Below are positions 26,819 to 36,129 of a stretch of 64,000 nt of DNA, piece by piece. The DNA comes from an uncultured Candidatus Binatia bacterium (GTDB taxonomy: Bacteria > Desulfobacterota > Binatia > UBA9968 > JAJDTQ01), in contig OZ251459.1 in assembly GCA_965242525.1 (NCBI GenBank), forward strand, positions 3,353,515 to 3,417,514, read 5' to 3'. Each line of letters starts with the position of its first letter. Position 1 is the first letter of the stretch. The position numbers were made by a program, and so were the translations under genes. The notes beneath the pieces were generated by a model. That model did not search any database. It was given only the letters and a program-made list of their open reading frames with translations, and had not been told where the DNA came from.

Positions 26819-28665
26819 AAAACGCAGACCGCAGCCTTTTTCCGAGCGACTATACAGTACAGGCTCTTCGAGACAGTCGGTATCACAATACCGCCTATGC
26901 CATTGCTGAACTCATTGATAACTCGATAGAGGCAAATGCTGCAAGAATCGATTTTCTTTGCATGGAAGAACTACAAAGCGTAGGCCCTCAGACACGGAGA
27001 CGAATCTCAGGAGTTGCCATACTGGACGACGGTGAGGGAATGGAAGTAAGGACACTCCTTGAGGCTCTTAGATTTGGGGGAGGAACACGACACAACTCGG
27101 ATAGAGGAATCGGCAAATATGGCATGGGTCTCCCCACATCCTCGATGTCTCAATGCAAGAGAGTTGACGTATGGACTTGGCAGGAAGGGGTGGACTCAAC
27201 TTGGCATTCCTATATCGATGCGGACGATATTGCTAACGGGAACCACAAGGTGCCTGTTCCTGATCGACAACAAATACCCGAGACATGGCGAATAGCCGGA
27301 AGCGATGAAATCTATGGACATCGCACCGGTACTCTTGTCGTGTGGAGCAAGCTAGACAAGGTTCAGTGGAAAACTAGCCGTGCGATCATCGACAATACCT
27401 CCCGCGAGGTAGGTCGTATTCATAGGCACTGGATTCATGCGGAAATGACCAAAATACGAGTCGTTTCTTTCCCTGCTAACCGGCCTACAGAGCCAGATAC
27501 GGGTCCCTCCTATATTGTAGCAAACGATCCTCTTTACTTGCTGAAGCCCACTTCTACTCCTCACCCTTGGGATGATAAAGAGATGTTTGTAGAGTGGTGT
27601 CCCCCAAGAGAATACCCGTGTCAAGTTGAGGGTCGAGAACACAGGATTTGGGTAAAATATTCTATCGTGAAACCAGAGGCATTGAGGACGGAGAGAGTTA
27701 CACAAAACCCAGGCAACGAAGCCCACGGGAAACACGCTAGACACAACATCGGGGTATCTGTTGTACGAGAAGATAGGGAAATTGTTCTTGAAGATGCTTT
27801 TCTCAGAGAGGGCGGCAGTACAGACCTTCCTCAGAATCGCTGGTGGGGTTGCGAAGTACTATTCTCTCGAGGTTGCGATGAGTTGTTTGGTGTAGATCAT
27901 AATAAGCAAATGGTGGCAAATTTTACGCAGGCAGCGAAAACTCTTACCCGTGACGATCGTGACCCTCATGTGATCCTAGAGGAGATGGGGATTGATGAAG
28001 AGGACATCATTCACAGGATAGTGGGAGACATCCGAAACCAAACGCGGGCCATGATGGATGCCATTCGGCAGATGTTTGAGCAGCGTCGAAAGTCGGTTGA
28101 CGATGGTGGGCGTACCAGTAGGCATAGGAACCCAGAAGATAAAGCTATAAGGATCGCTACTGACGCGGATCGGGACGCTATAGCAGCCGGTGAAGAGCAG
28201 CCGACTAAGACTGATATAGATCGTGAGCAAATTCCGCCTCAAGAACGACAGGAGCGCCTCGTAGAACAGTTCATTGAAGCCGGACAACCCGGCCAAGACG
28301 CGGAGAAGCGCGCGAAGCTGCTGATACAGGAAGATTTGTCCTACCAGTTCAGCTCGGAACAGGGAGACGGATTTCAGATTTTCAAGGTACGTTCTTATCA
28401 AGGAATTTTGCACATCAAGCTCAACACGGAGCATCCAATCTATGACCTTCTCAAACATATTGAAAATGATCTTCCGGAGAATGGAGATGAGGCGGATCCC
28501 AGGTTTCAGGCCAGTGTTGCGATCAGATTATTGCTATCTTCCTGGGCTCGGATGGAAGACCAGACAGAGGCACAGCAGGAACGAGCACGTATTCAAGATA
28601 CTGCCATGAACTGGGGGCGTCAAGTAGACAAGGCTATCCGCCAACTGCGTGACAGAAGCCGATGA
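26794..28665 (+). CDS. GHKL (Bergerat-fold, MORC/HATPase_c_3-like) ATPase.
   Basis: Bergerat motifs ELIDNSIEANA (N box), ILDDGEGM (G1) and GKYGMGLP (G2). The long C-terminal region is charged and helical. ATG at 26794 follows GGGAGG; TTG at 26782 is an alternative start. Confidence 0.75.
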   Translation: MDDQLAELENADRSLFPSDYTVQALRDSRYHNTAYAIAELIDNSIEANAARIDFLCMEELQSVGPQTRRRISGVAILDDGEGMEVRTLLEALRFGGGTRHNSDRGIGKYGMGLPTSSMSQCKRVDVWTWQEGVDSTWHSYIDADDIANGNHKVPVPDRQQIPETWRIAGSDEIYGHRTGTLVVWSKLDKVQWKTSRAIIDNTSREVGRIHRHWIHAEMTKIRVVSFPANRPTEPDTGPSYIVANDPLYLLKPTSTPHPWDDKEMFVEWCPPREYPCQVEGREHRIWVKYSIVKPEALRTERVTQNPGNEAHGKHARHNIGVSVVREDREIVLEDAFLREGGSTDLPQNRWWGCEVLFSRGCDELFGVDHNKQMVANFTQAAKTLTRDDRDPHVILEEMGIDEEDIIHRIVGDIRNQTRAMMDAIRQMFEQRRKSVDDGGRTSRHRNPEDKAIRIATDADRDAIAAGEEQPTKTDIDREQIPPQERQERLVEQFIEAGQPGQDAEKRAKLLIQEDLSYQFSSEQGDGFQIFKVRSYQGILHIKLNTEHPIYDLLKHIENDLPENGDEADPRFQASVAIRLLLSSWARMEDQTEAQQERARIQDTAMNWGRQVDKAIRQLRDRSR

Positions 28666-29519
28666 CTATGTACGGTTGGCCGGGAGACTTGTTGGCCGGC
28701 GTTTGTTCACGTGCCCAATATTTGATTATCGCAGCGCCATACATCAAGTCCGACGCTCTTGTCAGGGTTCTAGCTGACGTTAATCCAGGAGCCTCTCTTG
28801 TCTGCATCACGAGATGGAATCCGCATGACCTCGTTACAGGTGCATCCGATGTGGAATGTCGTACCATTGTCATTAAGCGAGAAGGTTTCTTTAGACTTCA
28901 TCCGTCACTCCATGCGAAATACTATCGAGCAGACAATGTGGTTTTAATTGGATCCGCTAATTTGACATCTTCCGCATTAGGCTGGACACGTCAACCTAAC
29001 CTGGAGATTCTTTGTCGTCCGGAAGATGATTTCGACGCTGACGCCTTTCAACAGTCTCTGTTCGATGGATCGAGAGAAATTGATGATGAAGAGTTCAAAT
29101 CTTGGAAATCCATTGCAGATATGACACTTCAAGGTAGGAGAAGAGTGGTTGACGAACCTCCTAGACTTGATACCTGGAGACCGGCGACTCGCGACCCCAG
29201 ACACTTGGAGTTCGCGTATCAGGGGAAAGACGATGAAATTGCTTCGTTCGACGAGCAACGAGCGGCACAGCGTGACATGCGGACTCTTCGGATTCCTCCA
29301 GGTTTGACCAGCGCGCAGGTTCGAACCTGGATCTCAGGTTGTCTTTTTGCCGCTTCCTTCACCAACACCATACTCCGGCTGCATAATATGGAAAACTTAG
29401 ATGTATCTCGTTCACTTGCAGACATCTACAAACTCAGCGTCACTGATGCACGAAGGGATATGGAAACCGTCCAAAATTGGCTTTCATTCCTTGCTCCACA
29501 GACTTTGACTCGAACTTAA
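28662..29519 (+). CDS. Phospholipase D-family (single HKD) nuclease, Nuc/BfiI-like.
   Basis: HKD motif HAKYYRADNVVLIGSANLT. The ATGA overlaps the GHKL gene's stop. Confidence 0.75.
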   Translation: MTMYGWPGDLLAGVCSRAQYLIIAAPYIKSDALVRVLADVNPGASLVCITRWNPHDLVTGASDVECRTIVIKREGFFRLHPSLHAKYYRADNVVLIGSANLTSSALGWTRQPNLEILCRPEDDFDADAFQQSLFDGSREIDDEEFKSWKSIADMTLQGRRRVVDEPPRLDTWRPATRDPRHLEFAYQGKDDEIASFDEQRAAQRDMRTLRIPPGLTSAQVRTWISGCLFAASFTNTILRLHNMENLDVSRSLADIYKLSVTDARRDMETVQNWLSFLAPQTLTRT

Positions 29520-29596
29520 AATCGATCCTCTTCCGATTCTCCTCGTGCACGGTCCGCATGTCCACTCCTATCGAAGGGGCTCATACCAAGAGATCC

Positions 29597-30493
29597 TCAC
29601 AGGACCCAACCGACGGAGAAGAGCGCGCTGTACAACAGGAGCAGCTTGGCCGTGTAAGCGAGTAACGGGTTCAACGAAGGCCCCTCGGAGACGAAGATCC
29701 TGCGGAAGGCCGGCAGCGCCGCGACCAGGACCGCGGCCGCGGCCGCGGACCAGGGACGACGGCCCGAAGCGAGGTAGAGGGCGAGGGGCAGCAGGCAGGC
29801 GGCCACCACCGCGGCCACGTATTCGGCGCGGACGAAGCCGCGTCCGAAACGCACGGCCAGGGTCCGCTTGCCGGTGCGCCGGTCCTCGTCCGCGTCCCGG
29901 AGGTTGTTGACCGCGAGGATGGCCACGGACAGCAGGCCCGGCGCCAGCCCGGCCGCCGCCACCGTGGCGTTGACGCTCAGGGTCTGCACGTAATAGGTCC
30001 CGGCCACCGCCACCGGTCCGAAGAACACCAGCACGAAGAGGTCGCCGAGCCCCAGGTAGCCCAGCGGCCGCGGTCCGCCGGTGTAGAGCAGCCCCGCGGC
30101 CACGGAGGACAGGCCGATGAGGGCCGCGGGCCATCCGCCGCGCCACACGAGGTAGAGGCCGCCCAGCAGGGTGAGGGCCAGCACCGCGGCGATGCCGCGC
30201 TTCATGGTCCCGGGGGCCAAGAGCCCGGCCTGGGTGACCCGCAACGGCCCCTGGCGGGACTCGGTGTCCGCGCCCTTCTCGAAGTCGAAGAGGTCGTTGG
30301 CGAAGTTGGTGGCCACCTGGATCAGCACCGCGCAGGCCAGCGCCGCCAGCGCCGAAGGCGCGTGGAACCCGCCGTCGTCCACGGCCATGGCGGCGCCCAC
30401 CACCACCGGGGCCACCGAAGCCCAGAGGGTCTTGGGTCTCGCCGCCAGGAACCAGACCGCGGCGGGGCCCGGCGGCTGGGCGCGGGTGCTCAA
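29597..30493 (-). CDS. menA: 1,4-dihydroxy-2-naphthoate polyprenyltransferase (UbiA family).
   Basis: UbiA-type motif NDLFDFEKGAD; nine predicted TM segments; lies in the men context. Confidence 0.8.
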   Translation of the reverse strand: MSTRAQPPGPAAVWFLAARPKTLWASVAPVVVGAAMAVDDGGFHAPSALAALACAVLIQVATNFANDLFDFEKGADTESRQGPLRVTQAGLLAPGTMKRGIAAVLALTLLGGLYLVWRGGWPAALIGLSSVAAGLLYTGGPRPLGYLGLGDLFVLVFFGPVAVAGTYYVQTLSVNATVAAAGLAPGLLSVAILAVNNLRDADEDRRTGKRTLAVRFGRGFVRAEYVAAVVAACLLPLALYLASGRRPWSAAAAAVLVAALPAFRRIFVSEGPSLNPLLAYTAKLLLLYSALFSVGWVL

Positions 30494-30521
30494 CGTTCCC
30501 CCGTGGCTTTCGCTCGCGGTC

Positions 30522-31343
30522 TCAAGGACGCCGGGGGAACTTGGAGAAGTCCGGCTTGCGCTTCTCGACGAAAGCGTTCCTGCCCTCCTGGCCCTCTTCG
30601 GTCATGTAGAAGAGCATGGTGGCGTTGCCCGCGAGCTCCTGCAGGCCGGCCTGGCCGTCGCAGTCCGCGTTGAACGCGGCCTTGAGGCAGCGGATGGCGA
30701 TGGGGGAGTTGGCCAGGATCTCGCGGCACCATTGGACCGTCTCCTCCTCCAGCCGCTCGTACGGCACCACCGCGTTCACCAGGCCCATGTCCAGGGCCTG
30801 GGCGGCGCTGTACTGGCGGCACAGGTACCAGATCTCGCGGGCCTTCTTCTGTCCCACGATGCGGGCCAGGTAGGTGGCGCCGTAGCCCCCGTCGAAGGAG
30901 CCCACCCGCGGGCCGGTCTGCCCGAAGACGGCGTTGTCCGCGGCGATGGTAAGGTCGCACATGACGTGCAGCACGTGGCCGCCGCCCACGGCGTAGCCCG
31001 CCACCATGGCGATGACCGGCATGGGGCAACTGCGCATCTGGCGCTGGAAGTCCAGCACGTTCAGCCGGTGCACGCCCGCGGCGTCCTTGTACCCGGAGTC
31101 CCCCCGCACCTTCTGGTCGCCGCCGGAGCAGAACGCCTCCCTGCCCGCGCCGGTGAGGATGACCACCCCGACGGTGTGGTCGTTGCGCGCGTCGTCCAGC
31201 GCCCGGATCATCTCTTCCACGGTCAGCGGCCGAAAGGCGTTCCGGACCTCCGGGCGGTTGATGGTGATCTTCGCGATGCCTTCGGTCTTGTGGTACAGGA
31301 TGTCGGTGTACTGCCCCGCCTCGCTCCATTGGATGGTTGCCAT
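30522..31343 (-). CDS. menB: 1,4-dihydroxy-2-naphthoyl-CoA synthase.
   Basis: Crotonase fold with MenB-specific blocks [12 protein letters not shown] and GQTGPKVGSFDGG. Confidence 0.9.
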   Translation of the reverse strand: MATIQWSEAGQYTDILYHKTEGIAKITINRPEVRNAFRPLTVEEMIRALDDARNDHTVGVVILTGAGREAFCSGGDQKVRGDSGYKDAAGVHRLNVLDFQRQMRSCPMPVIAMVAGYAVGGGHVLHVMCDLTIAADNAVFGQTGPRVGSFDGGYGATYLARIVGQKKAREIWYLCRQYSAAQALDMGLVNAVVPYERLEEETVQWCREILANSPIAIRCLKAAFNADCDGQAGLQELAGNATMLFYMTEEGQEGRNAFVEKRKPDFSKFPRRP

Positions 31344-31388
31344 GCTCCAGACCTCGATGTGACGCCCCCGGCCGCTCCGGCGCCCGGT

Positions 31389-32228
31389 TCAGGCTGCGGA
31401 CCCGTCGGCCGCAGTGCCCCGGCGTCCTCCAAGGGACGCCAAGTACTCGCGCAAGGTGCGAGAGTACGCCTCGGGGTTCTCGAAATGTGTGTTGTGGCCC
31501 GCGTCCGGGACGGTCGCGAGCCTGCCCTTTTCCGACAGGCTTACCATATCCCGCATGGTTTTTCCGTAGGCCGGGTCGAGCTCCCCCACCACCGCCAGCC
31601 AAGGCGCCGGCAGTTCCGCCAGCCGCGGCCACAGGGACGGCTGGGATCCCGTGCCCATGCGGCGGAGGGACCGGGCCAGGGCGGCCGGGTCGTTGCGCCG
31701 CCGCCGCTCCATCATGGCGCCGAAGCGCGTCTCGTTCCTGCGGATGGAACGGAACAGGGACTGCCGGTACCATTCCTCCAGGAACTCGGGGAGACCCTGC
31801 CGTTCCAACCGCAGCGCCTGGGACTCGTCCCATCCCCGCCGGCGCTCGCGTTCGTCCTCGGAATCCAGCCCGGGAGACGCGGACTCCAACACCAGTCCGC
31901 GGCAACGGCCGGGGTGGTTCGAGGCGAGCCACAGGGCCAGCCGCCCGCCCATGGAATAACCCACGGGCACGCATCGCTCCACGCCCAGGCGGTCCAGCAC
32001 CGCCAGCAACGCAAGGGCCGCCCGGGGCATGGGGTAGAGGCGCGCCGAGCATCCGGCGCTCAGCCCGTGTCCCGGAAGGTCCACCAGGATGCGCCGGTAG
32101 TCCGGGAACGCCTCCGCGACTTCCGCCCAGTCCCGGCCCGACCCCAGGAAGCCGTGGAGGAACAGCAGCGCCGGGTCCGTGCGGCTCCCGCGGACCTCGT
32201 AGTGCAGTCCATGGGGGTCGGCCGCCAC
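31389..32228 (-). CDS. menH: 2-succinyl-6-hydroxy-2,4-cyclohexadiene-1-carboxylate synthase (alpha/beta hydrolase).
   Basis: Nucleophile elbow GYSMGG; sits between menD and menB as in the canonical operon. Confidence 0.7.
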   Translation of the reverse strand: MAADPHGLHYEVRGSRTDPALLFLHGFLGSGRDWAEVAEAFPDYRRILVDLPGHGLSAGCSARLYPMPRAALALLAVLDRLGVERCVPVGYSMGGRLALWLASNHPGRCRGLVLESASPGLDSEDERERRRGWDESQALRLERQGLPEFLEEWYRQSLFRSIRRNETRFGAMMERRRRNDPAALARSLRRMGTGSQPSLWPRLAELPAPWLAVVGELDPAYGKTMRDMVSLSEKGRLATVPDAGHNTHFENPEAYSRTLREYLASLGGRRGTAADGSAA

Positions 32229-32229
32229 G

Positions 32230-33987
32230 CTAGACCCCTTCCAGCGCCGCTTGCCGCAGGCCCATGTGGAGGCCGCGGTTTTCTTCGCGCCGGGTCCGCA
32301 CCTCGATGAGGGTTGCCGCGGGTCTGCGCCGGGCCTCGTCGTAGGCCGCGGTGAACTCGTCGGTGGTCGAGGGTCGGGCGTAGGCCGCGCCGAACAAGGC
32401 CGCGGCGTGCTCGAAGGTCAGGCCGTGGGGGGCCGCGAAGTAGCGCTCGAACACGTCCGGGAACCCGGCGATGGGAAGGAACGAGAAAATCCCTCCGCCG
32501 TCGTTGTTCAGGATGACCACGACCAGGGGGGTACGGAGGTCCCGGGCGAGGCTCAGGGAGTTGAGGTCGTGCAGGAACGCCACGTCCCCCACCAGGAGCG
32601 TCGTGGGCCGGCCCAGGCCCCGGGCGAACCCCGCGGCCGTGGCGATGGCCCCGTCCACGCCGCTGGCGCCCCGGTTGGCGGCCACCGCGGGGGGCTCGTC
32701 GAGCCTTGGGCAACCAAAAGCGTCCATGTCGCGGACGGGCATGCTCGACGCCAGGAACAGCCCTTCGCCCGCGCCCATGCGGCGCGACACGAGCCACGCC
32801 ACCTTGGGCTCGTTCAAGCCCCGGTCTTGGTTGAAGCATTCGGCGAAGCCGCGCCCCACGCGCTCGGACGCCTGCCGCCAACCGGCCAGCCAGTCGGCGT
32901 CGCCCGCGGCCTGCCCGACCCGCTCCTTCAGGGACTCGCAGAAGGCCGCCACCGGCAGCCGGAGCCGCTGCGTGGCCCGGTGGATGGGGTCCTGCCGGTG
33001 GGGGTGGTCGTCCACCACCACGTAGTCACCGGGGCGGACCGCCTCCAGGTGGTCCATGAGCCGTCTCGAAGTCAACCGCCCTCCCAGATGGATCACCGCC
33101 TCGATACGGCGCCGCCGCATGAAGGTCTCGGAGAAGAGCAGGGTGTCGTGGTAGGGCACGGAGTTCCCGGGCCTGCCATCCAGACGGAGACCCGAGGTCA
33201 CGTCGGGCAGGAGCGGCCAGCCCAGGGACACGGCGAGGTCGGCGGCGGCCCGGCGCGCCGCGGGGTCGGCGAGGCGTCCAGCCACCAGGATGCCGCGGGG
33301 TCGGCGTCCCGCCAGCGCCGCCAGCCGGTCCAAGGCCTCCCGGCTTGGCCGGGCGGACGCGTTCTCGTAACGGGTGTAGGGGCGCTCCCCGGCGCGCCAG
33401 GCTTCCAGCGGCGCAAGGCAGGGCTCCGGGTCCTCGCCCTCGTCCGTGGGCGCCAGAGGCTCGCGGAACATGCAGTTGAGATGCACCACGCCGCCGGACG
33501 GACCGCGGCAACGGCTCACCGCCTGGTCGACCGTGGTCAGGACCACCGAGGGATCGACGCTCCGGGAAGGACACGGCAGGGTCGCGGACCATTCCGCATA
33601 GCCGCGGAAGAACCGGACCTGGTCCATGGTCTGGTTGGCCCCGGCGTCCTGGAGCTCCGGCGGGCGGTCGCCGCTCAGGACCAGCAGCGGCGCGCGCTCC
33701 AGCGACGCCTCCACCACGGCCGGCCACACGTTGGCCAGGGCGCTGCCCGAGGTGGTGACCACCGCGGCCGGCGCGCCCGCGGCCCGGGCGTGTCCCAGTG
33801 CGTGGAAGGCCGCGCCGCGCTCGTCGTAGTGGACGACGGCGCGGGCTTGGCGGTGGCGCGCTGCCGCCACTACGAGGGGCGCACTGCGGGACCCGGGGGC
33901 TATGCAGAAGGTGTCGATGCCGTTGCGGACCAGCTCTTCGACGAGCAGCCCCGCCCACAGGTGGTTCAGGTTGGCGGCCCCGGTCAT
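32230..33987 (-). CDS. menD: 2-succinyl-5-enolpyruvyl-6-hydroxy-3-cyclohexene-1-carboxylate synthase (TPP enzyme).
   Basis: MTGAANLNHLWAGLLVEELVRNGIDTFCIAPGSRS is the MenD N-terminus; TPP motif GDVAFLHDLN...NNDGGGIF. True ATG at 33987; the track's 768-aa ORF is an upstream extension. Confidence 0.85.
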   Translation of the reverse strand: MTGAANLNHLWAGLLVEELVRNGIDTFCIAPGSRSAPLVVAAARHRQARAVVHYDERGAAFHALGHARAAGAPAAVVTTSGSALANVWPAVVEASLERAPLLVLSGDRPPELQDAGANQTMDQVRFFRGYAEWSATLPCPSRSVDPSVVLTTVDQAVSRCRGPSGGVVHLNCMFREPLAPTDEGEDPEPCLAPLEAWRAGERPYTRYENASARPSREALDRLAALAGRRPRGILVAGRLADPAARRAAADLAVSLGWPLLPDVTSGLRLDGRPGNSVPYHDTLLFSETFMRRRRIEAVIHLGGRLTSRRLMDHLEAVRPGDYVVVDDHPHRQDPIHRATQRLRLPVAAFCESLKERVGQAAGDADWLAGWRQASERVGRGFAECFNQDRGLNEPKVAWLVSRRMGAGEGLFLASSMPVRDMDAFGCPRLDEPPAVAANRGASGVDGAIATAAGFARGLGRPTTLLVGDVAFLHDLNSLSLARDLRTPLVVVILNNDGGGIFSFLPIAGFPDVFERYFAAPHGLTFEHAAALFGAAYARPSTTDEFTAAYDEARRRPAATLIEVRTRREENRGLHMGLRQAALEGV

Positions 33988-35333
33988 TGCGGAAGGTTCA
34001 GGGCGCGGGTGAAGTGGCCGATCTTGTAGTCGAGCTCGCGCCATTCGTCCCCGGGCGCGGACCCGGCGACGATGCCCGCGCCGGCGAAGACCGAGAGCGT
34101 CGAGCCTTCCACCAGCCCGGAGCGGATGGCCACCGCGAACTCGGCCCGGTCGCGCCCCACCCAGCCCACGGGTCCAGCGTACCAGCCCCGGTCGAAGGGC
34201 TCGGTCTCGCGGATCCGTCGGACCGCCAAGTCCGTGGGGTAGCCTCCGACGGCCGGCGTGGGGTGCAGCGCGTCCACCAGGTCGGCGTCGCCCACACCGT
34301 CCCGAAGCACGCCCCGGAACGAGGTCATGAGGTGCTGGCACTGGCGCAGTTTCACCACCGACGGGCCGGCGTCCGCGCTCAGCGAGCGGCACAGGCGCAC
34401 CATGCCCTCCCGCACGCCCCGGGCCACGTAGTCCTGCTCCCGCCGCTCCTTCTCGCTGGCCATGAGGTCCCGTTCCAGTTGCCGGTCCAGGGAGACGTCG
34501 TCGTCGCGCACGCGCGTGCCCGCAATGGCCTCGCACAGAACCTGCCGTCCGTCCCGGCGGTAGAGCCGCTCGGGCGAGACCCCGAGGAAGGCGCTACCGT
34601 ATGGGTCCGGGATGAAGCAGAAGCGGTAGCAACGGGCCGCCCCGGGAGACAGGGCTTCGAGACACGCCCAGGGGTCCAGCTCCCCGGTGAACCCGAAGGT
34701 GGATCTCCGGGCGAGCACGAGTTTCTCCAGAGGCCCCTCGGACAGGAGGGCGAGGGTCCCGGTCACCGCGGCCTCCCAGCCGCTCCGGTCCGGCAGGTCC
34801 CGGCGCTCCCCCGCGGCCGCAGGGACGCCCTCCGAAGCCGCGGGATGGAACGCCAGCGTGTCCACCTCTTTCAGCAGGGCGTCCTCGGCGGTCTCCGAAC
34901 ACAGCCACTGGCAAGCGAGCATGCTGTCCCCGCCTCGTTGGCTCAACTCGAACCGCGGCAACACGAAACTGCAGGTAGCTAAGCCGCGCCAAGCCGGAGC
35001 GCACGCCCTCCCGCGGTCGAACCGCATTCCCCCGAAATAGCGCGTCCCCGCGCCCCCGGCGTCCAAGCGCCGGCGCAACTCCTCGAACAGCGCATGGACG
35101 CCGGCCGGGCCGGCGCACGCCGTCATGTCCGCGGCGCCGACCCCGGCCACCTCCTCGCCGCCGTCCCGGTCGGCCCAGTACGTCTTGACGGCGCGGGGGT
35201 CCTGCGCCCGCAGCCATGCCAGGGCGTCGGTGGGCGGGATCGGGGTCTCCACCCGGACGATGCCGGCCGGGCCGAGCCGGGAACACTCCCGCTGGATCCG
35301 ATCCCGCAATCTCTCCCGCAGGTTGCGTTCCAT
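33984..35333 (-). CDS. menF: Isochorismate synthase.
   Basis: Chorismate-binding C-terminal domain (PTPAVGGYP, GWYAGPVGW). ATGA overlap with menD. Start MERNLRE at 35333. Confidence 0.8.
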   Translation of the reverse strand: MERNLRERLRDRIQRECSRLGPAGIVRVETPIPPTDALAWLRAQDPRAVKTYWADRDGGEEVAGVGAADMTACAGPAGVHALFEELRRRLDAGGAGTRYFGGMRFDRGRACAPAWRGLATCSFVLPRFELSQRGGDSMLACQWLCSETAEDALLKEVDTLAFHPAASEGVPAAAGERRDLPDRSGWEAAVTGTLALLSEGPLEKLVLARRSTFGFTGELDPWACLEALSPGAARCYRFCFIPDPYGSAFLGVSPERLYRRDGRQVLCEAIAGTRVRDDDVSLDRQLERDLMASEKERREQDYVARGVREGMVRLCRSLSADAGPSVVKLRQCQHLMTSFRGVLRDGVGDADLVDALHPTPAVGGYPTDLAVRRIRETEPFDRGWYAGPVGWVGRDRAEFAVAIRSGLVEGSTLSVFAGAGIVAGSAPGDEWRELDYKIGHFTRALNLPQ

Positions 35334-35555
35334 TCGGGCTTCCGTCGGCCCTTCCGTCCCTTCAGGGTCTCGTGCGGGTCGTGACACTCTCCCCCCACGT
35401 GATGAGGCGCGCTTCCCTCCCGTTCCGACCATGCCGTTCCCGGTTCGCCATTGCGGGGAACTCCGATTCCCTCCCCACAGCCCCGCCGCATCCCCCTCCC
35501 TGTCCCTCCCCCTCAAGGGGGGAGGGGACGCCAAGCCGCAAGCCCTTGCCGCTCT

Positions 35556-35582
35556 TGTACACGAAAGCCGGAAGAGTCCCCA
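35556..35582. repeat. RepC (inverse copy) in the menF upstream region.
   Basis: GTACACGAAAGCCGGAAGAGTCCCC, compared with RepC copies at 12284, 18675 and 38491. Confidence 0.6.
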
Positions 35583-35654
35583 AACGCAGACGGGCGGCCG
35601 GTAGTCTCTGCGCCTACCGGCCGCCCGTCTGGCTCGGGAACCGCCCGGGAGCGT

Positions 35655-36106
35655 CAGTTCCCGGCGAGCTCCTTCCTGATGTTGTCGATGAACAGGTTGA
35701 GCATCTGGTCGGCCTTCTTGCGGATGATGGGCTGGCCGAACTCGCCGATCTTGCCGAGGATGTTGACGTCGGTCTCCACCGTCAACTCGGTTTCCCCGGC
35801 GCTCAACTCCTTGAGCGACATGGTGGACTTTCCGCGCATGGCCCCGGCCACCCGGCGGTCTTCCGCCTCGGCCCGCAGCGCCGCGCGCCAGGCGTCCCGA
35901 TCCTTCTCTTCCAGGACGATCCTGCCTTGCAGGCTCAAGGCGATGGGTCCCACCCGCACCTTCAGGGTCCCCTGGTAAGTGTCCCCGTCCACCTGCTCCA
36001 CGTCCTCGACTCCGGGCAGGCATCCGGCCACCCTGGGGATGTCCATGAGGAGTTGCCACAGGGGCTCCCGTCCTGCCGGCACCGTTGCGCTCTGGCTGAA
36101 TTTCAC
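35655..36106 (-). CDS. coxG: CoxG-like SRPBCC protein (carbon monoxide dehydrogenase subunit G family).
   Basis: VKFSQSATVPAGREPLWQLLMDIPRVAGCLPG...; GTG start after GGAGGAC. Follows the FAD subunit gene. Confidence 0.7.
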
Positions 36107-36129
36107 TTGGGTCCTCCCCCCTCCGACGT

